Positions 27,327 through 39,200 of a stretch of 64,000 nt of DNA are shown in pieces. The translations under genes and the position numbers were made by a program. The notes below the pieces were generated by a model. That model did no database searches. It worked only from the letters and a program-made list of their open reading frames with translations, and had not been told where the DNA came from. This stretch comes from Oikopleura dioica (lineage: Eukaryota > Animalia > Chordata), in contig OU015569.1 of the NCBI GenBank assembly GCA_907165135.1, positions 4,402,001 through 4,466,000 of the forward strand. The letters are read 5' to 3'. Numbering within the stretch: position 1 is the stretch's first letter; the number at the start of each line of letters is the position of its first letter.

Positions 27327-28048
27327 TCAGGATATAGTACAGCAGGTGATAGGACTTTTATGCTCGGGTTTTCCGTTCAAATGTCTATACGTCATGTCGA
27401 GTAGTTTTTGGAATGCTTCGTCTACTCTCTCTCCAGTCTTAGCTGCAAGAAAAACTTGAGGGAGAATATAAGCTAGAATTTTACCGCTAGTTTCGATGTA
27501 TTTGTCTTTTGCGACTTTCTCCGAAGATTCAGGGTCGACCTTTTTGGCGTATTCGAACCCTTGCTCCTGCGTGACGACTCGATCTGCTTTGAGATCGATC
27601 TTATTCGCGCAAATCATTATGGGCACCTTGGTCGAGTTCTTCACTCTTTGAATGTGGTCTCTACAAATCGCGCGTGCATTTTGGGAACAAATAAACGAGT
27701 CTTACTTGAAGTTATCAAGGCGATCGAAGGACTTGTCGCACGTCGCCGAGTAGCAGAGCATGAAGCCATCGCCGTTTTGAATGTAGTGGTCTCTGATCGC
27801 CTCAAACGACTCTTGTCCGGCTGTGTCTGTTACTTCGAGAAACACTCGTGCTCCTGAAGATGTTGAGCACCATTTGGTATAGCTGTCCTCGATGGTAGGG
27901 TCGTAATACTCCGCAAAAGTTCTCTACATATAATTAAAATCTTTTCCTCTTTGGAAGTAGCAACCTGAAAATATCGAATAGTGATGGCGGATTTGCCAAC
28001 ACCTCCTTCTCCGAAGAGAACAAGTCGCAATTTTTCCGTCTTACTCAT
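27327..28048 (-). CDS. Ras-subfamily small GTPase (Ras/Rap-like), CaaX-terminated
   Basis: G1 GEGGVGKS, effector YDPTIEDSY, G3 DTAGQE, G4 NKID, G5 ETS|AK (split by an intron), C-terminal CCTIS*. Confidence 0.93.
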
Positions 28049-28429
28049 TTGCCATAATCTGAATTATTTCAATGTTAGTTAACGCCTCGAGAAATTATGC
28101 TAGCGTCAATCGCTTTCATTTGAACTTGTTTTTGACCGTTACAAAATGCAGCAATAAATAGCGTTTTCTTTAAGGATCAGCTGTTCGTCTCAGACTTCTC
28201 TATACGCGGTTGATATTCTCCCGTTCTAAGTGCCCCAAAGACTGAGCCCGAGTAGTCGTCGTCTTTTGAGAACTGCTCCAAGGCCGCTTTTTGTCTCGCT
28301 GTAAGATTCTTTTGAACGTCGAGTTTAACCTAAAAACATTATTCAACGGTCTGAAATCGTAGTATGCTGAATCATTCGTTTGATTTACCAACAATTGATG
28401 AGCGTACGTGAACGCCATCAATTTTCGTT

Positions 28430-29872
28430 TTATGATTTACTATTAAAATTATTTCTCTTCAGCGTAAAGAAGCTTTTCTTTTTGAAATCAATGCGCTCTT
28501 GTCTGAAAATTGATGATCTCACCTTTATGAGCATATCGCCGTGCTGGCCGGAAAGTGGGTCTTTGATTCCATGATTCGCCAAGCGCAAAAGCGTCTCTGG
28601 TTGAGTGCACTCGGGAATCGTCATACGCATAAAAGTCTCTTCCTGCATTCCGTGTACTCTGATCTGCCCGCCTAGCAGAACTAACACAAAACAATAATAC
28701 TTTCGCTTTCTTAAAAAAAACTTACGCTTGGAGAGCGGCACTTGCACTGTCTGCATGACATCGAACTTGTCCCGTGAAAAGATTGGATCGGGCATGATTT
28801 CGAATGTGACGAAAATGAATTGATCGCCAATCATTAATTTGACCGTCTCATTATCGAACACTCCTTCGGGAATCGCCACCGTCACTGTTTTAATCTTTAC
28901 GCGGCTTTTAATGATTGAAACTTCAATCGATCATGCTTCTCGCAATGGAATCTACTCATTAATATGTCCAAAGCCGTTTCCTGAACAGTCCAGCCTTTCC
29001 CGTAGCAGACTGCACAATTATGCGTTGCAAAGGATCCCTTCCCGTGGCATTTGTGACAGGTCGCTTTCGTCGAGATCGGTCCAGCGCGGATGAACTCTTT
29101 GCCCGTTCCGCCGCAGCGTGGACACTGCAGAACATGCGCGTTCGTCGAGTCTAGGTCAGCTCCAGATCCTTGGCACTCGTCGCACTCATCTCTTATCAAG
29201 TCTCGAATGGTTTCATTTCCTCAAAAGAAGACAGAAAGAGATGTTCGAGACCTAACCTAAGTCGCACACGCACGCGACGGCTACCACCCCTTGCTGCTTC
29301 TTGGAACGTAATTTTGAGCGTTACTTTTTGCGCCGACAAGGGAATGAAATCGGACTGCGTTTGGTTGAAGTTCATTCCTTTGAATTAAAAAAAGGGCTGA
29401 ACAGTAGAAAAGCCTACCTTTTATCCATTCTGCGTGGGGATTTTTCTCGAAAGGACTGTACTCGTGGAATATTTTTTCGTACTTGTCTTTTGTTTCCTCC
29501 GCATAATCATCGTGGCTCGCCGCCTCCCACGCAGCGTCCTGGTCATATTCAGCGCGGGACAGATCATCGCGCAGCACCTTGTAGGCTTCCGACACCTGCT
29601 CGAACACTTTCTTCGCCAATGGGTCTGGGTTTGAGTCTGGATGATATTTCCGGGCTAGTTTGTAATATGCCTTTTTGATGTCCGATCGGCTAAAATTGTT
29701 TGTTTCTATCACTGATCAAACGTTTAACCGGGTTTTACCTGGCCTGTCTGTTGACTCCCAAGATAGTATAGTAATCCTTGCCTTCTGCTGGATCAGAAGA
29801 GTCCTGTCCCCTTCGACTTGCAAATCTGAGAATGCGCCCCGAACATCGCCCGACACCCCTAAGGAGGGTCAT
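28430..29872 (-). CDS. DNAJA3: Mitochondrial type I J-protein (Tid1/DNAJA3-like); 3' end uncertain (28430, or spliced to about 28200)
   Basis: Arg-rich presequence MTLLRGVGRCSGRILRFASRRG; J domain KDYYTILGV..IKKAYYKLARKYHPD; four CxxCxGxG repeats (CDECQGSG, CPRCGGTG, CHKCHGKG, CAVCYGKG); C-terminal domain ..GQHGDMLIKV. Confidence 0.85.
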
Positions 29873-30006
29873 ATCATCCTCTTAATTCTAGACATAAATT
29901 CTTTAATCGTCAGCTTTCGTCGTTTCAGTTTATTATGAAAATTGATCTCGCGGTTAAAAAAATATATTCAGATAACTGTACAGAAGAATAGTGAAGAAAT
30001 AATGAC

Positions 30007-31278
30007 TCAGTAGCGAAGAATGTCGATTTTATCGTCTTTGAATGCGATTATTTTGCCGAAGATGTCTATCGAAGCGACGCTGTCGTATTTTTCCAGTTCT
30101 TTGAGATTATCTTTCAGGGGCCCGTACAGCTTTATGATTCCGTTTCCGTCCGCTACTGCCAGCTCTTGAATCGTAGGAAGATAACGTAGACTAAAAATCG
30201 AGTTATTTTTATTCTTCTAAGAAGCAAGCTTACTTCAAAGACATATGGGCAGAGAAGGGAAGTTCAAAGCCCCGTTTGAAGACTTTCTTCATTTCTAGCT
30301 TTGGCTTAGATGCTTTGAGTGGATTCTCCGGGAAGTGAAACATCGCCAAGAAGTTAGTGTCGTAAGCAAAGAGAACGAAATCGTTCTCGATAGAAATGGC
30401 CAATGGGCAACCGAAGTTGTCGACAGTGCGGATCTTCGATTTCAGTTCAATCTTGTGCCTCGACTTCGAGTAGCGCCAAATACCAACGACAGAATCAAAG
30501 TCTGCCGAGAGCACCAACTGCGCGTTGCTGAACAAATGTATTACTAAATCTAAATCAACAATATATTTTACTTCTTTGACCAGTCAATTGCTCGTACAGG
30601 GGAGCGATGGCAGTGCTGACAGATCCCCCAATCGTCGTTGGCAAGAACTCGTACGTCGCCGTTGTTGAATCCGACCACAAGTAGTTCTGGGTAGGCCGGG
30701 CATGTCTTTAACACCCGCGGTGCGGATGGACATGGAACAACCTGAAAAGAATCTATTAGCGAGCACAAAAGGAAGTGTTCTTACCCTGTCAGGAACGTCT
30801 ATCTTCACAGGACTTCTCGTAAGATTCCAGTAGCAAAGGCTATCGCCAAAGACAGATATTACAGTCGCTCCAGAGCCAATCGCGGTTACTACGGGTTTAT
30901 TTTCGTATTCCAGCGAAATGTCATTTTCGAGCATGGAACGGTCTCCCGTCAATCGGTTCACTTTGTTAACTGAGCGGATATTTGCCTAGAAAACCTCAAA
31001 TAATAACGAATACTCTGGATAAAAAGTACCTCCAATTGTGCGCTAACTCTATTATAAACAGAGAAAAGAAATTTCTGAATTTGATCTTCTGGATATTTGT
31101 CCGCCTGCAGCTCGACAGAACAATCGGTCGTTGTCGACGAGTTCTTCACCTTGGAAGAGTTGTTTTTGGCCTCCTTAGTTTTGATTTTGGAAGTCTGGAC
31201 ACGGGCGTTCGCCTTATCCTTCGCCAAGTTCCATTCCGAGCGAAAAGTGGCGCCGATTTGACTGACAGATGAGAACAT
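30007..31278 (-). CDS. DYNC2I2: WD40 dynein-2 intermediate chain (WDR34-like)
   Basis: QIQKFLFSVYNRVSAQLE (cf. LAAFLRRVEAMVIREL), LCYWNL, PSAPRVLKTCPAYPELLVVGFNNGDVRV, CHRSPVRAIDW and VLSADFDSVVGIW match the WDR34 blade series as I recall it. Confidence 0.72.
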
Positions 31279-31313
31279 GTCCAATCTATAAACAAATTCG
31301 CTAGCATAAATGG

Positions 31314-31867
31314 CTACGATCTTTGATTGAAAAAGGTATAACAGAAAAAATCGCTGACATTTTTCATAATGATCTTCTTCAAAATGGCCTTTCTCGAACA
31401 GAAAAATTGATAAAATATTAGAGCGCCAAGAGCGTGCGCCCATTGGTTGATGATAATCCCGTCGGAATATCGCGACTGCGGGAATCTTCTAACACAGAAA
31501 CCCCTCTGAATAAAATATCACAAGGCATCGTTAACTACGAGGGATGCTGATAACTCTCCTAAAGAGTAATAAAAAAACAGCCGCTCTGATTTCTTTACGG
31601 ATACGGTAAATTATTTATAACGATGAGAATGTACGGTAAATGAAAACGAGTTTATTTTCATCGAGAGATACATCATCAAGTGTTTCACAAAATGAGTTCT
31701 TTTGTAAGATCGATTCCTTCGAGCAAGAGGGAGAGCTCAGGAAGTGTGTCATCGTTGCCGGATTGGAAGCATTCTTTCCGGGTCGGAGATGTGTAAAGGA
31801 AGACCATTCCATAGAGAGGACCTGGTTCTCGTCGTCTTGGTTTGAGTTGCTTGGTTCGCCGACCCAT
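31314..31867 (-). CDS. Putative small uncharacterised gene immediately upstream of WDR34
   Basis: MGRRTKQLKPRRREPGPLYGMVFLYTSP.. and a downstream open segment YSDGIIINQWAHALGAL..QRS*. Exon joins not resolved. Confidence 0.3.
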
Positions 31868-33302
31868 TTTTAGAAATTGCTTGCTTTTGAGGAAATTCGT
31901 AAAGTGAGTTGCATGGCTCGGAGTACCAAAAAACTGCGATAGAAAGGGTGTTTCTTTTTCAGAATTTCTCTCTTGAAAAGAAAAAGGATGAAAAATCAAG
32001 CGTTCGAGTCAATCTGTGTTGGGAGTTTCCGACCCATGCAACCCACTTTTTTGACTTTTTGTGTCTTGTTTCGTGTGTGCCGCAGCTGGCAACCTGTATG
32101 TCGGAAGTGAAGGCCAATTAAATTCCTGGATTCTAATTACGACAGACTTTGATTACTCATCCTTCACATGCTCTCGGCCTGGATGTTTTGTTTCGCCTCT
32201 GAGGTTCTTTATCACTAAAAATAATCGATCATTTTAACGGTTAACATTCGGAAGTTAACTTAGAAAGTAGTTGTTATCCATGCTCTTCGCCTCGTCTCAA
32301 TTTATCTTTTGGCATTTCCGATCATTTCACAATTTAAAGTCGGAATTCCCACCGGCTCGAAATAATCATTCTCGAAAGCAGGAAAAATCGAAAGTCCCAC
32401 TTCGGGGCCCATCTCTGAGACCCAGCAGTGGTGAGATTTTCGAGCCGACGGAAGCCGCTAGAGAAACTCTTGCCAGGGTCTGAAAAGTCACAAATTTTGA
32501 CTGAGCATGAGCACGGCTGAGCATCGGCGTGCACAAATTTGCTGAGCATGATTGAGCACCCGCCTGCTCAGAAATGGTGCAAAAGCAGAAGTTCTTCAGC
32601 AAGAGATTATGATTTGGTGTTTAGACGAAACTCGAGTGAGTGAATTATAATCATTATAAAATAAAATGATACACTATCATATAAAATCATTATGATTCTA
32701 GCGATATCACGAACTGCCCGACGAAGCCCGACAAAGTTTAATCGTTAGCTGCAAGAAGGATATGTTTGGACACGTTTTTGCCCACGAAGTTTATGGATTT
32801 GAGTCAAATCATTTGACAGTCATTTGTGACTGCAAAATAAAATTATTAATCAATATCTCGAAAATCTGTATCGAACTAAAGATAATTTGGAATCAACGAT
32901 GACATTTGACTCCATTTGAATTTCAGCTCAAAAATTCTAAATTATTGATTTGCATCAAATTCGTAAGAAAATCAACATCATAAGAAACGCTGAACATAAA
33001 TTTCTGATGTTAATAGAAGTAGCGGGGAGCCTCTAAGAGCCGCTCGATATCTGTCAAATCGACGATCGTGTCCCCGCCGGAAGTGACAACTATGACAAGT
33101 GATTGAAAATAGCACATTTATTCCCGGCGTATTAAACATATAAAAATGACAACTGGCAATTACAAACTCCGCTGAAGTTGTAACATGATGGAAGGGTTCT
33201 TTGATTTTATCAACTATTTCAAATCGAAGAAATATATTTAACAGCTGTTGAATTTTGATCATATTCTTAAGTTTATGGAATCGAATCCGTCTATAAAAAA
33301 CC

Positions 33303-33512
33303 GTAGAGAGGGGTTATCATTCGAGCCTATGATTCGAGCCATCCAATATCTCTAGAATCTGGGCTAGTGGTTAGGGTTCGGAACTAGGAACTCTTAACGG
33401 GGGGTCCGGGGGCGAAGCCCCCTGGTTTAGGCCTTAGGTGGGGGGTCCCGGGGGCGTAGGGTTAGGGTTAGGGTTAGGGTTAGGGGCAGCTCGAATGATA
33501 ACCCCCTACTAC
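33303..33512. mobile_element. 210-bp MITE-like element with internal telomeric TTAGGG repeats
   Basis: 24-bp inverted termini GTAGAGAGGGGTTATCATTCGAGC / GCTCGAATGATAACCCCCTACTAC; TAGGG(TTAGGG)4 at 33457-33485; GGGGCGAAGCCCC hairpin. AAAAAACC occurs near both flanks but the TSD is not exact. Confidence 0.75.
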
Positions 33513-34597
33513 CAAAAAAACCTACACGACCCTTGATTCGTACTTAAGTCTCATGGCACTACTCTCTTCTAGTGACTTCTTCAAAAACGCTGAGAACGCT
33601 TAAATAGTTGATCAGCAGGTGAAATTCCTCGTTTCAAGTTGTGATAGTGTTATCTATCACTGACCGTGTCGTTGTACACGCGAGTCGTCCTAATTTCTTC
33701 CCTAAATAGCCTTCGCCGTCCTGGTGCGTGAGAAAGACTTTGTGAGAAATTCCAAACAATTAAGAAAGTACCCAAAATCTGAGTTGAAAAAAAAATCTGA
33801 CCACTTGTTGGCGCGATCCAGAGGGCTTCTTTTCTGGACACGCTCTGAAGGAATACTACCCTCGCGACCTAGTTTGTTTATCTGATCATTAGGGGAGGAG
33901 GCATACGTACTCAGACTGTTGAGAAAATCAACATCTTCACGAACAGAATCAAGCAGAAAACAAAAAATACAGTTTAAAGAGAATCCAAGAAAAATACGAC
34001 GCGAGTACCAGGTTGCTGAAAAGTGACAAGGACGCGAGAAAAAGAGCAAGAAGAAGATATAGTCGAGGAAGATCAAAACTCAGACAGAAACCGAGAAGAA
34101 ACGCACGACTTCTAAGGAAATTACTTTTTTTTCATAAAAATTAACGGAGCTTGATGGAGCTATAGCGAGTGAAGATGAAAACTGCACATTATTTGTGCCA
34201 TTTATTACTGTCAGGTAACTTGATTGTTCTTAATTAGACGTCACCAAAAAAGTGAATCAATGGGTCAACAAATCAGTTCACTTAGCATTGAACTGAGAGT
34301 TCGTTTTTCCATACTGTAGCTTTCAGGTAAAAGGACTTTTGCCGGCAAGTTCACAAAAGGCATCCAAAAGCAAAAATGATAATAAACTCTGCTCTATTAA
34401 AAAAATAGACTCTTCGGTTCCCTTCGCCTTCCTCGAGGATGGAAAACTAGGAAATAATTAGTAAACACGAGTTTACTTTTATGAACATTAAAATCACAAA
34501 TCCTTGGTCATATAGCATTGCATCCCTAACATTTTAAATAGACATATTTCATCGAAAAACGCTATTGAAATCAAGGATGAGAACTTTCTATTTTTAG

Positions 34598-34843
34598 CAA
34601 CTTGGGCGATCCAAAATCTACGTGTTACAGAGCTGACGTCAAACTCGCTACAACTGAGCTGGGATAAAGAATCGCAATTCAAAGAATACGAAGTCACATT
34701 CAAGCGCTTTTCGAGGGCGAAACCAAAGAAATATGTTATCAAAGAAAATCTGATCCGCTTCCGGCGCACGAAACCAGCAAGGCGGTATTTTCTATCTGTC
34801 CAAGGCAACCGCGGTTTATCGTCCTTCCCGATGCTAAAAATAG
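34598..34843 (+). CDS. Fibronectin type III exon, probably an upstream exon of the VWA-Sushi-collagen gene
   Basis: IQNLRVTELTSNSLQLSWDKESQFKEYEVTF...RRTKPARRYFLSVQG is an FN3 signature, flanked by ttttag and G|gttt splice sites. Linkage to the downstream gene is not proven. Confidence 0.6.
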
Positions 34844-36277
34844 GTTTTTAAAATGTTTATTCTCAGCTCTGACCTTGTAAAAACAGGATTATGCGATAAA
34901 AATAATATTGTGTCCACGCGACCTCGTGAAATTTCCGTGCAAGGTCGCTCTGATTCTTGACAGATTCAGCAAAAATAAGGGAGTGCTAAGACCAGCTCAA
35001 ATTAAAATGAGCCTTTATTATGTTAATTTTATTACTACCAATATAAAACTACGAAACGTAAAAATCATCCCATGGTGGACGATATCTTTTATAATTTATA
35101 AAACTGACATAAACATAAAAATAAATGGAAGATCAACTTAAAACGCGTTAAAAAGGCATTGAACGGGACGGATCGACAGGTTCAATTGGAAAGATAAAAG
35201 TTCAAACCCGTAAGTGCATCGTTATAATTAATTTTTTACGTATCTCGATTTTATGGCGAATCTCACATATTAATTAGTGCGTTCACCTGCTGGAAATCCT
35301 GTTATTAAAAAGACCACCGAAACGTCAATAGAATTTTCCTTCGCGAAATCGAGTGATCCCAAGTAAGTTGACCATTACTGATCGGAGAGTTTAAAGTTTT
35401 AACAATTAATTTGCAAAATAGAAGCTATATTTATTTGCTACGTTTTAGATATAGTTCAATTAATTTTTATTAGTCGCCCTTGAATGGACATTCACGTAAC
35501 TGGCCGAGAATTTTCGGAAGCTATCTAAATATTTTCAAGCTTGGCGCGTGTAAGAGCTCACACCTCCTGCTCCAAGCCTTCAGAAGGTTCTAGTTTGATT
35601 ACGCGCCCGATTACTTGTACCCGAACGCGCACTGTCAGGCTGCCTGACAGCACATTGATCTATTACTGTATTGTTGAGGCGTAATGCCAGATGCAGTCTC
35701 CCAGGCATCCTTGGGAAAGGAATTCCAAAGTGGGAAAATCCTCGATTTTAGAATTTAGGGTCGAAAACTTGTCTCGTTTTATGTGATTTTGTGTGTCCCC
35801 TGCCGGGTAATAGTAAAATTGAATAATACATCCGAATCTCGCCGAGTGCTGCTAGGGACGTCATTTTATTGATAATCCTCACAATCCTCAAGCCAAGTTA
35901 ATTAAAATTTTTTCTTTTTTTTCACTTTCAAATCTTAAATCACTTGGCACACTTGTCACTTATCTGGTGCTAGGGCGAAAATTTTGAAATTTCATCAGAC
36001 AATCGAGATCGACACTCAGACTGATTCTTAGATTAAATACAGAGAGAGAGAGAGAATCACAGACAAGGAATTCGCAAAGGCATGAGGAGGGCCTGCTTAT
36101 GGCTCGTATGGTAAGGCTAGAGAATGATTGAACAGGCGGCAAAGGGGGGTTGATCGATAAGCGGAAAAAAGCGTGAAGTGCGTCCTCACGACGCCAGGCC
36201 CGAATGGAATCGACAAACATTCTATTCCGTATTTTGGGCTCGACCTTGACTGACCTAAGAACTTATTTGGTCGTAAG

Positions 36278-39200
36278 TTGTTAATTCAGTATAAATTCGT
36301 ATCTGGTCCGTGCAGAAGCAGTCAAAGGCGATGCGATCTCCTTCGAAAAACAGTCACAGACACAGACAATATCATCTTTGACAAATTGCAGCCAGACACA
36401 GAGTACAAGATATCAGTGGAAGGAATTTCCAAACTGCCACCAAAATCTGAGCCCAGCTTTTCTCACAGGCGCACGAAACGAGCATATGGAAGTTATCGAC
36501 CACAAACACCAGTTTCTACCTCCAGGAGGACCTCGTCACGCAATGTAAGTACTGCAAAGTTATATTTATTTTTTTAAAAGCTAATGTTAGAAAAATATAA
36601 CTTTATGACAAAAATTTCCAGCGTAACCAAGCAGCATCTACTCCATCATCTACATACGGATACCCAATTGTCGACAAGAGCAAGTTTGACCCAGATGCAA
36701 CAGTGATCAAGGAATGCAAGCGAATCGACCAAACGGACCTTGTAATTTTGATTGATGGTTCCTGGTCGGTGACGCCGACCAACTTTGAGCGGGTGAAGAT
36801 TTTCCTCAGCGCCCTGCTCAAACATTTTTCGATCGGGCACGATGCTTCTATGATTGGTATTGCCCAGTACTCTGATAACCCGCGTCTCGAGTTCGGTCTC
36901 AACGAACACTACGATTTTCCTTCGCTCAACGCCGCTGTCAATCGTATGAAATACAAAGGTGGCAACACTGCTACTGGGAAGGCCCTAACCTTTGCTCTCG
37001 ACCACGTTTTTGGCCGTTCTTCGAGACCTAATGCTCAAAAGGTCGTTCTGATCATCACTGACGGCGAATCACTGCAAGATACCGTTACCGAGCCAGCTCG
37101 CCGTCTTCGAGAAAACGGAGTTGAGATTTTCTCAATCGGTGTTGGTGATGAAATCAATCTTGAAGAGTTGAAAGACATGGCAACTGACCCCGATTCGAAC
37201 CATGTTTTCCAAGTTGGGGGATACAATGCCATTACGGGAATCACCACTCAAGTACTGAAAGATATCTGTCGAATCAAGGTCCTATGTGCTGAACTTCTGA
37301 CTCCGTCAAATGGAAGAAAGGACTGCACTAAAAAACAAGCGGTTGTAGGCGTACGTTGCAACTTCGACTGTCATACAGGCTACGATATCCGCGGCTCGAC
37401 CATGCGTGAATGCCAAGCTGAAGGCGGATGGTCAGGCCAGCAGCCAAATTGCGAACGAAGCACTTGTCCTGAACTCTCTGCGCCACAACATGGTCGACTT
37501 AGTTGCACTGAAGGAATTCGAATCGGAAGCCAATGTCGAACTACATGTTTGGAGGGCTACAAATTGCGTGGTTCGAAGACAACTAATTGCCAACTGAACG
37601 AGCGATGGTCACATGATTTACCAGTATGTGAGCTTGTCCGTTGCCCTGAGTTGCGAATTTCGCTGAGCCCGCATTTGCGAATGGACTGCACTGAAGGAAA
37701 CATCTATCGCTCGTCTTGCTCATTCTCTTGTGAAATCGGCTGGGAGCTCCGTGGCGATGACACTCTCGAGTGCGACGCATCTGGAAACTGGAATGGAGAC
37801 ATTCCATTTTGTCAGGAGATCGTCTGTGGGGCGCGAAGTGCCCCGTTGCATGGCCACATTAGCTGCTCAAACCGAGATAAGCACAACTCAAAGTGTTCGT
37901 ACAGCTGCGACTCGGGCTATGAGCTAATCGGCTCTGATGAAACCGTATGCCAGTCGGACGGACAATGGTCTTATCCAAGTCCAAAGTGTGTGAAAGTGTC
38001 ATGCGGTCCTTTGGTCGCACCCGAAAATGGACGTTTAGAATGCTCCGGCACAGATGCGCTTTTTGGCACCGAATGCGAGGCCATTTGTAATGAAGGAAAT
38101 GATTTTAAAACAGTTGATTCTCTATCTATTCGATTCAAATGTAATGTTTTAGTTTTATAACCATTAAAAGGATTTAAACTAACATCTGGCTCGAAGATCC
38201 GAAAATGTCTTCCTGACACGACTTGGTCTGGAACTCCTGCCCAATGCTCGCAAATTGTTTGCCCACTGCTTGACTCTCCTGATCACGGACGACGACTATG
38301 CTCGAATGCGAACAATTACGGAAGTCGATGTCGATTTGCTTGCCAAGTCGGTTACGACTTTACCGGAACAGAAATCAGAGTGTGTCAAGAAGACGGCACC
38401 TGGAGTGGTGAGCTCGCCAAGTGCTCTATCAAGGCCCGTTTTATGATTTTCAGCATAATTAACTACATTATATTATATATAATTTATATATCTCTCGATT
38501 CAAAACTCTTTTTTAGTAACTTAAAGTTTTTTTACTTCCACCAAGAAAGAGTTCACAAAATAATCGCAAACGTAAAACTCTTTGAAGGAATGCATTGAAG
38601 TTCCAAAGCCACTTTCTGGAGATGCTGACTGCTCGAACGGCAACCGTTTTAACTCGCTTTGTCGATACAACTGCGATGCTGGCTTCAATCTTGAGGGCGC
38701 GCGGGAGAACTTCTGTGGTTCAGGGCGGCGGGCTCAACGTTTTAATTAAACTAGGTTATCACATGTGCGCGAGTGATTTTTGACAGGCTGGTTAGCCTCC
38801 ACACAGATGGTCAGTGGTCGGTATCTCAAGCACCAGACTGCATTGTCGGCCAATGTGCTCCCCTCGATCCTCCAACTTTTGGCGAGATTAACTGCTCAGA
38901 TGACAACAGAGTTGGCTCTAAATGCGAATTCGCTTGTAACGAAGGCTACGAAATTTTCGGCGACGAGGTTCGCATCTGCGAAGACACTCACCTCTGGTCT
39001 GGACTCAAGCTAAAGGATCAAATAGTTTCACGATGAAATCTTTTTTTTATGAATAACAGGACTATCCTTACTACAGCCAAAATGTACGCCTACAGAATGC
39101 CCTATTCTGTCTTCTCCCAAAAACGGTGTTGTTTTATGCACTGCTGATCGAGCATATCGCTCGATTTGTCAGTTCAAATGCAACGACGGCTACTCCTTAA

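Noticed and set aside
31904-32046. Imperfect inverted repeat of about 22 bp
   Set aside because: Short, mismatched and without a TSD; could be chance or a decayed element.
33660-34200. Possible plus-strand exons (EYYPRDLVCYLII, CUB-like)
   Set aside because: Could not be joined in frame to a consistent model; motif match too weak.
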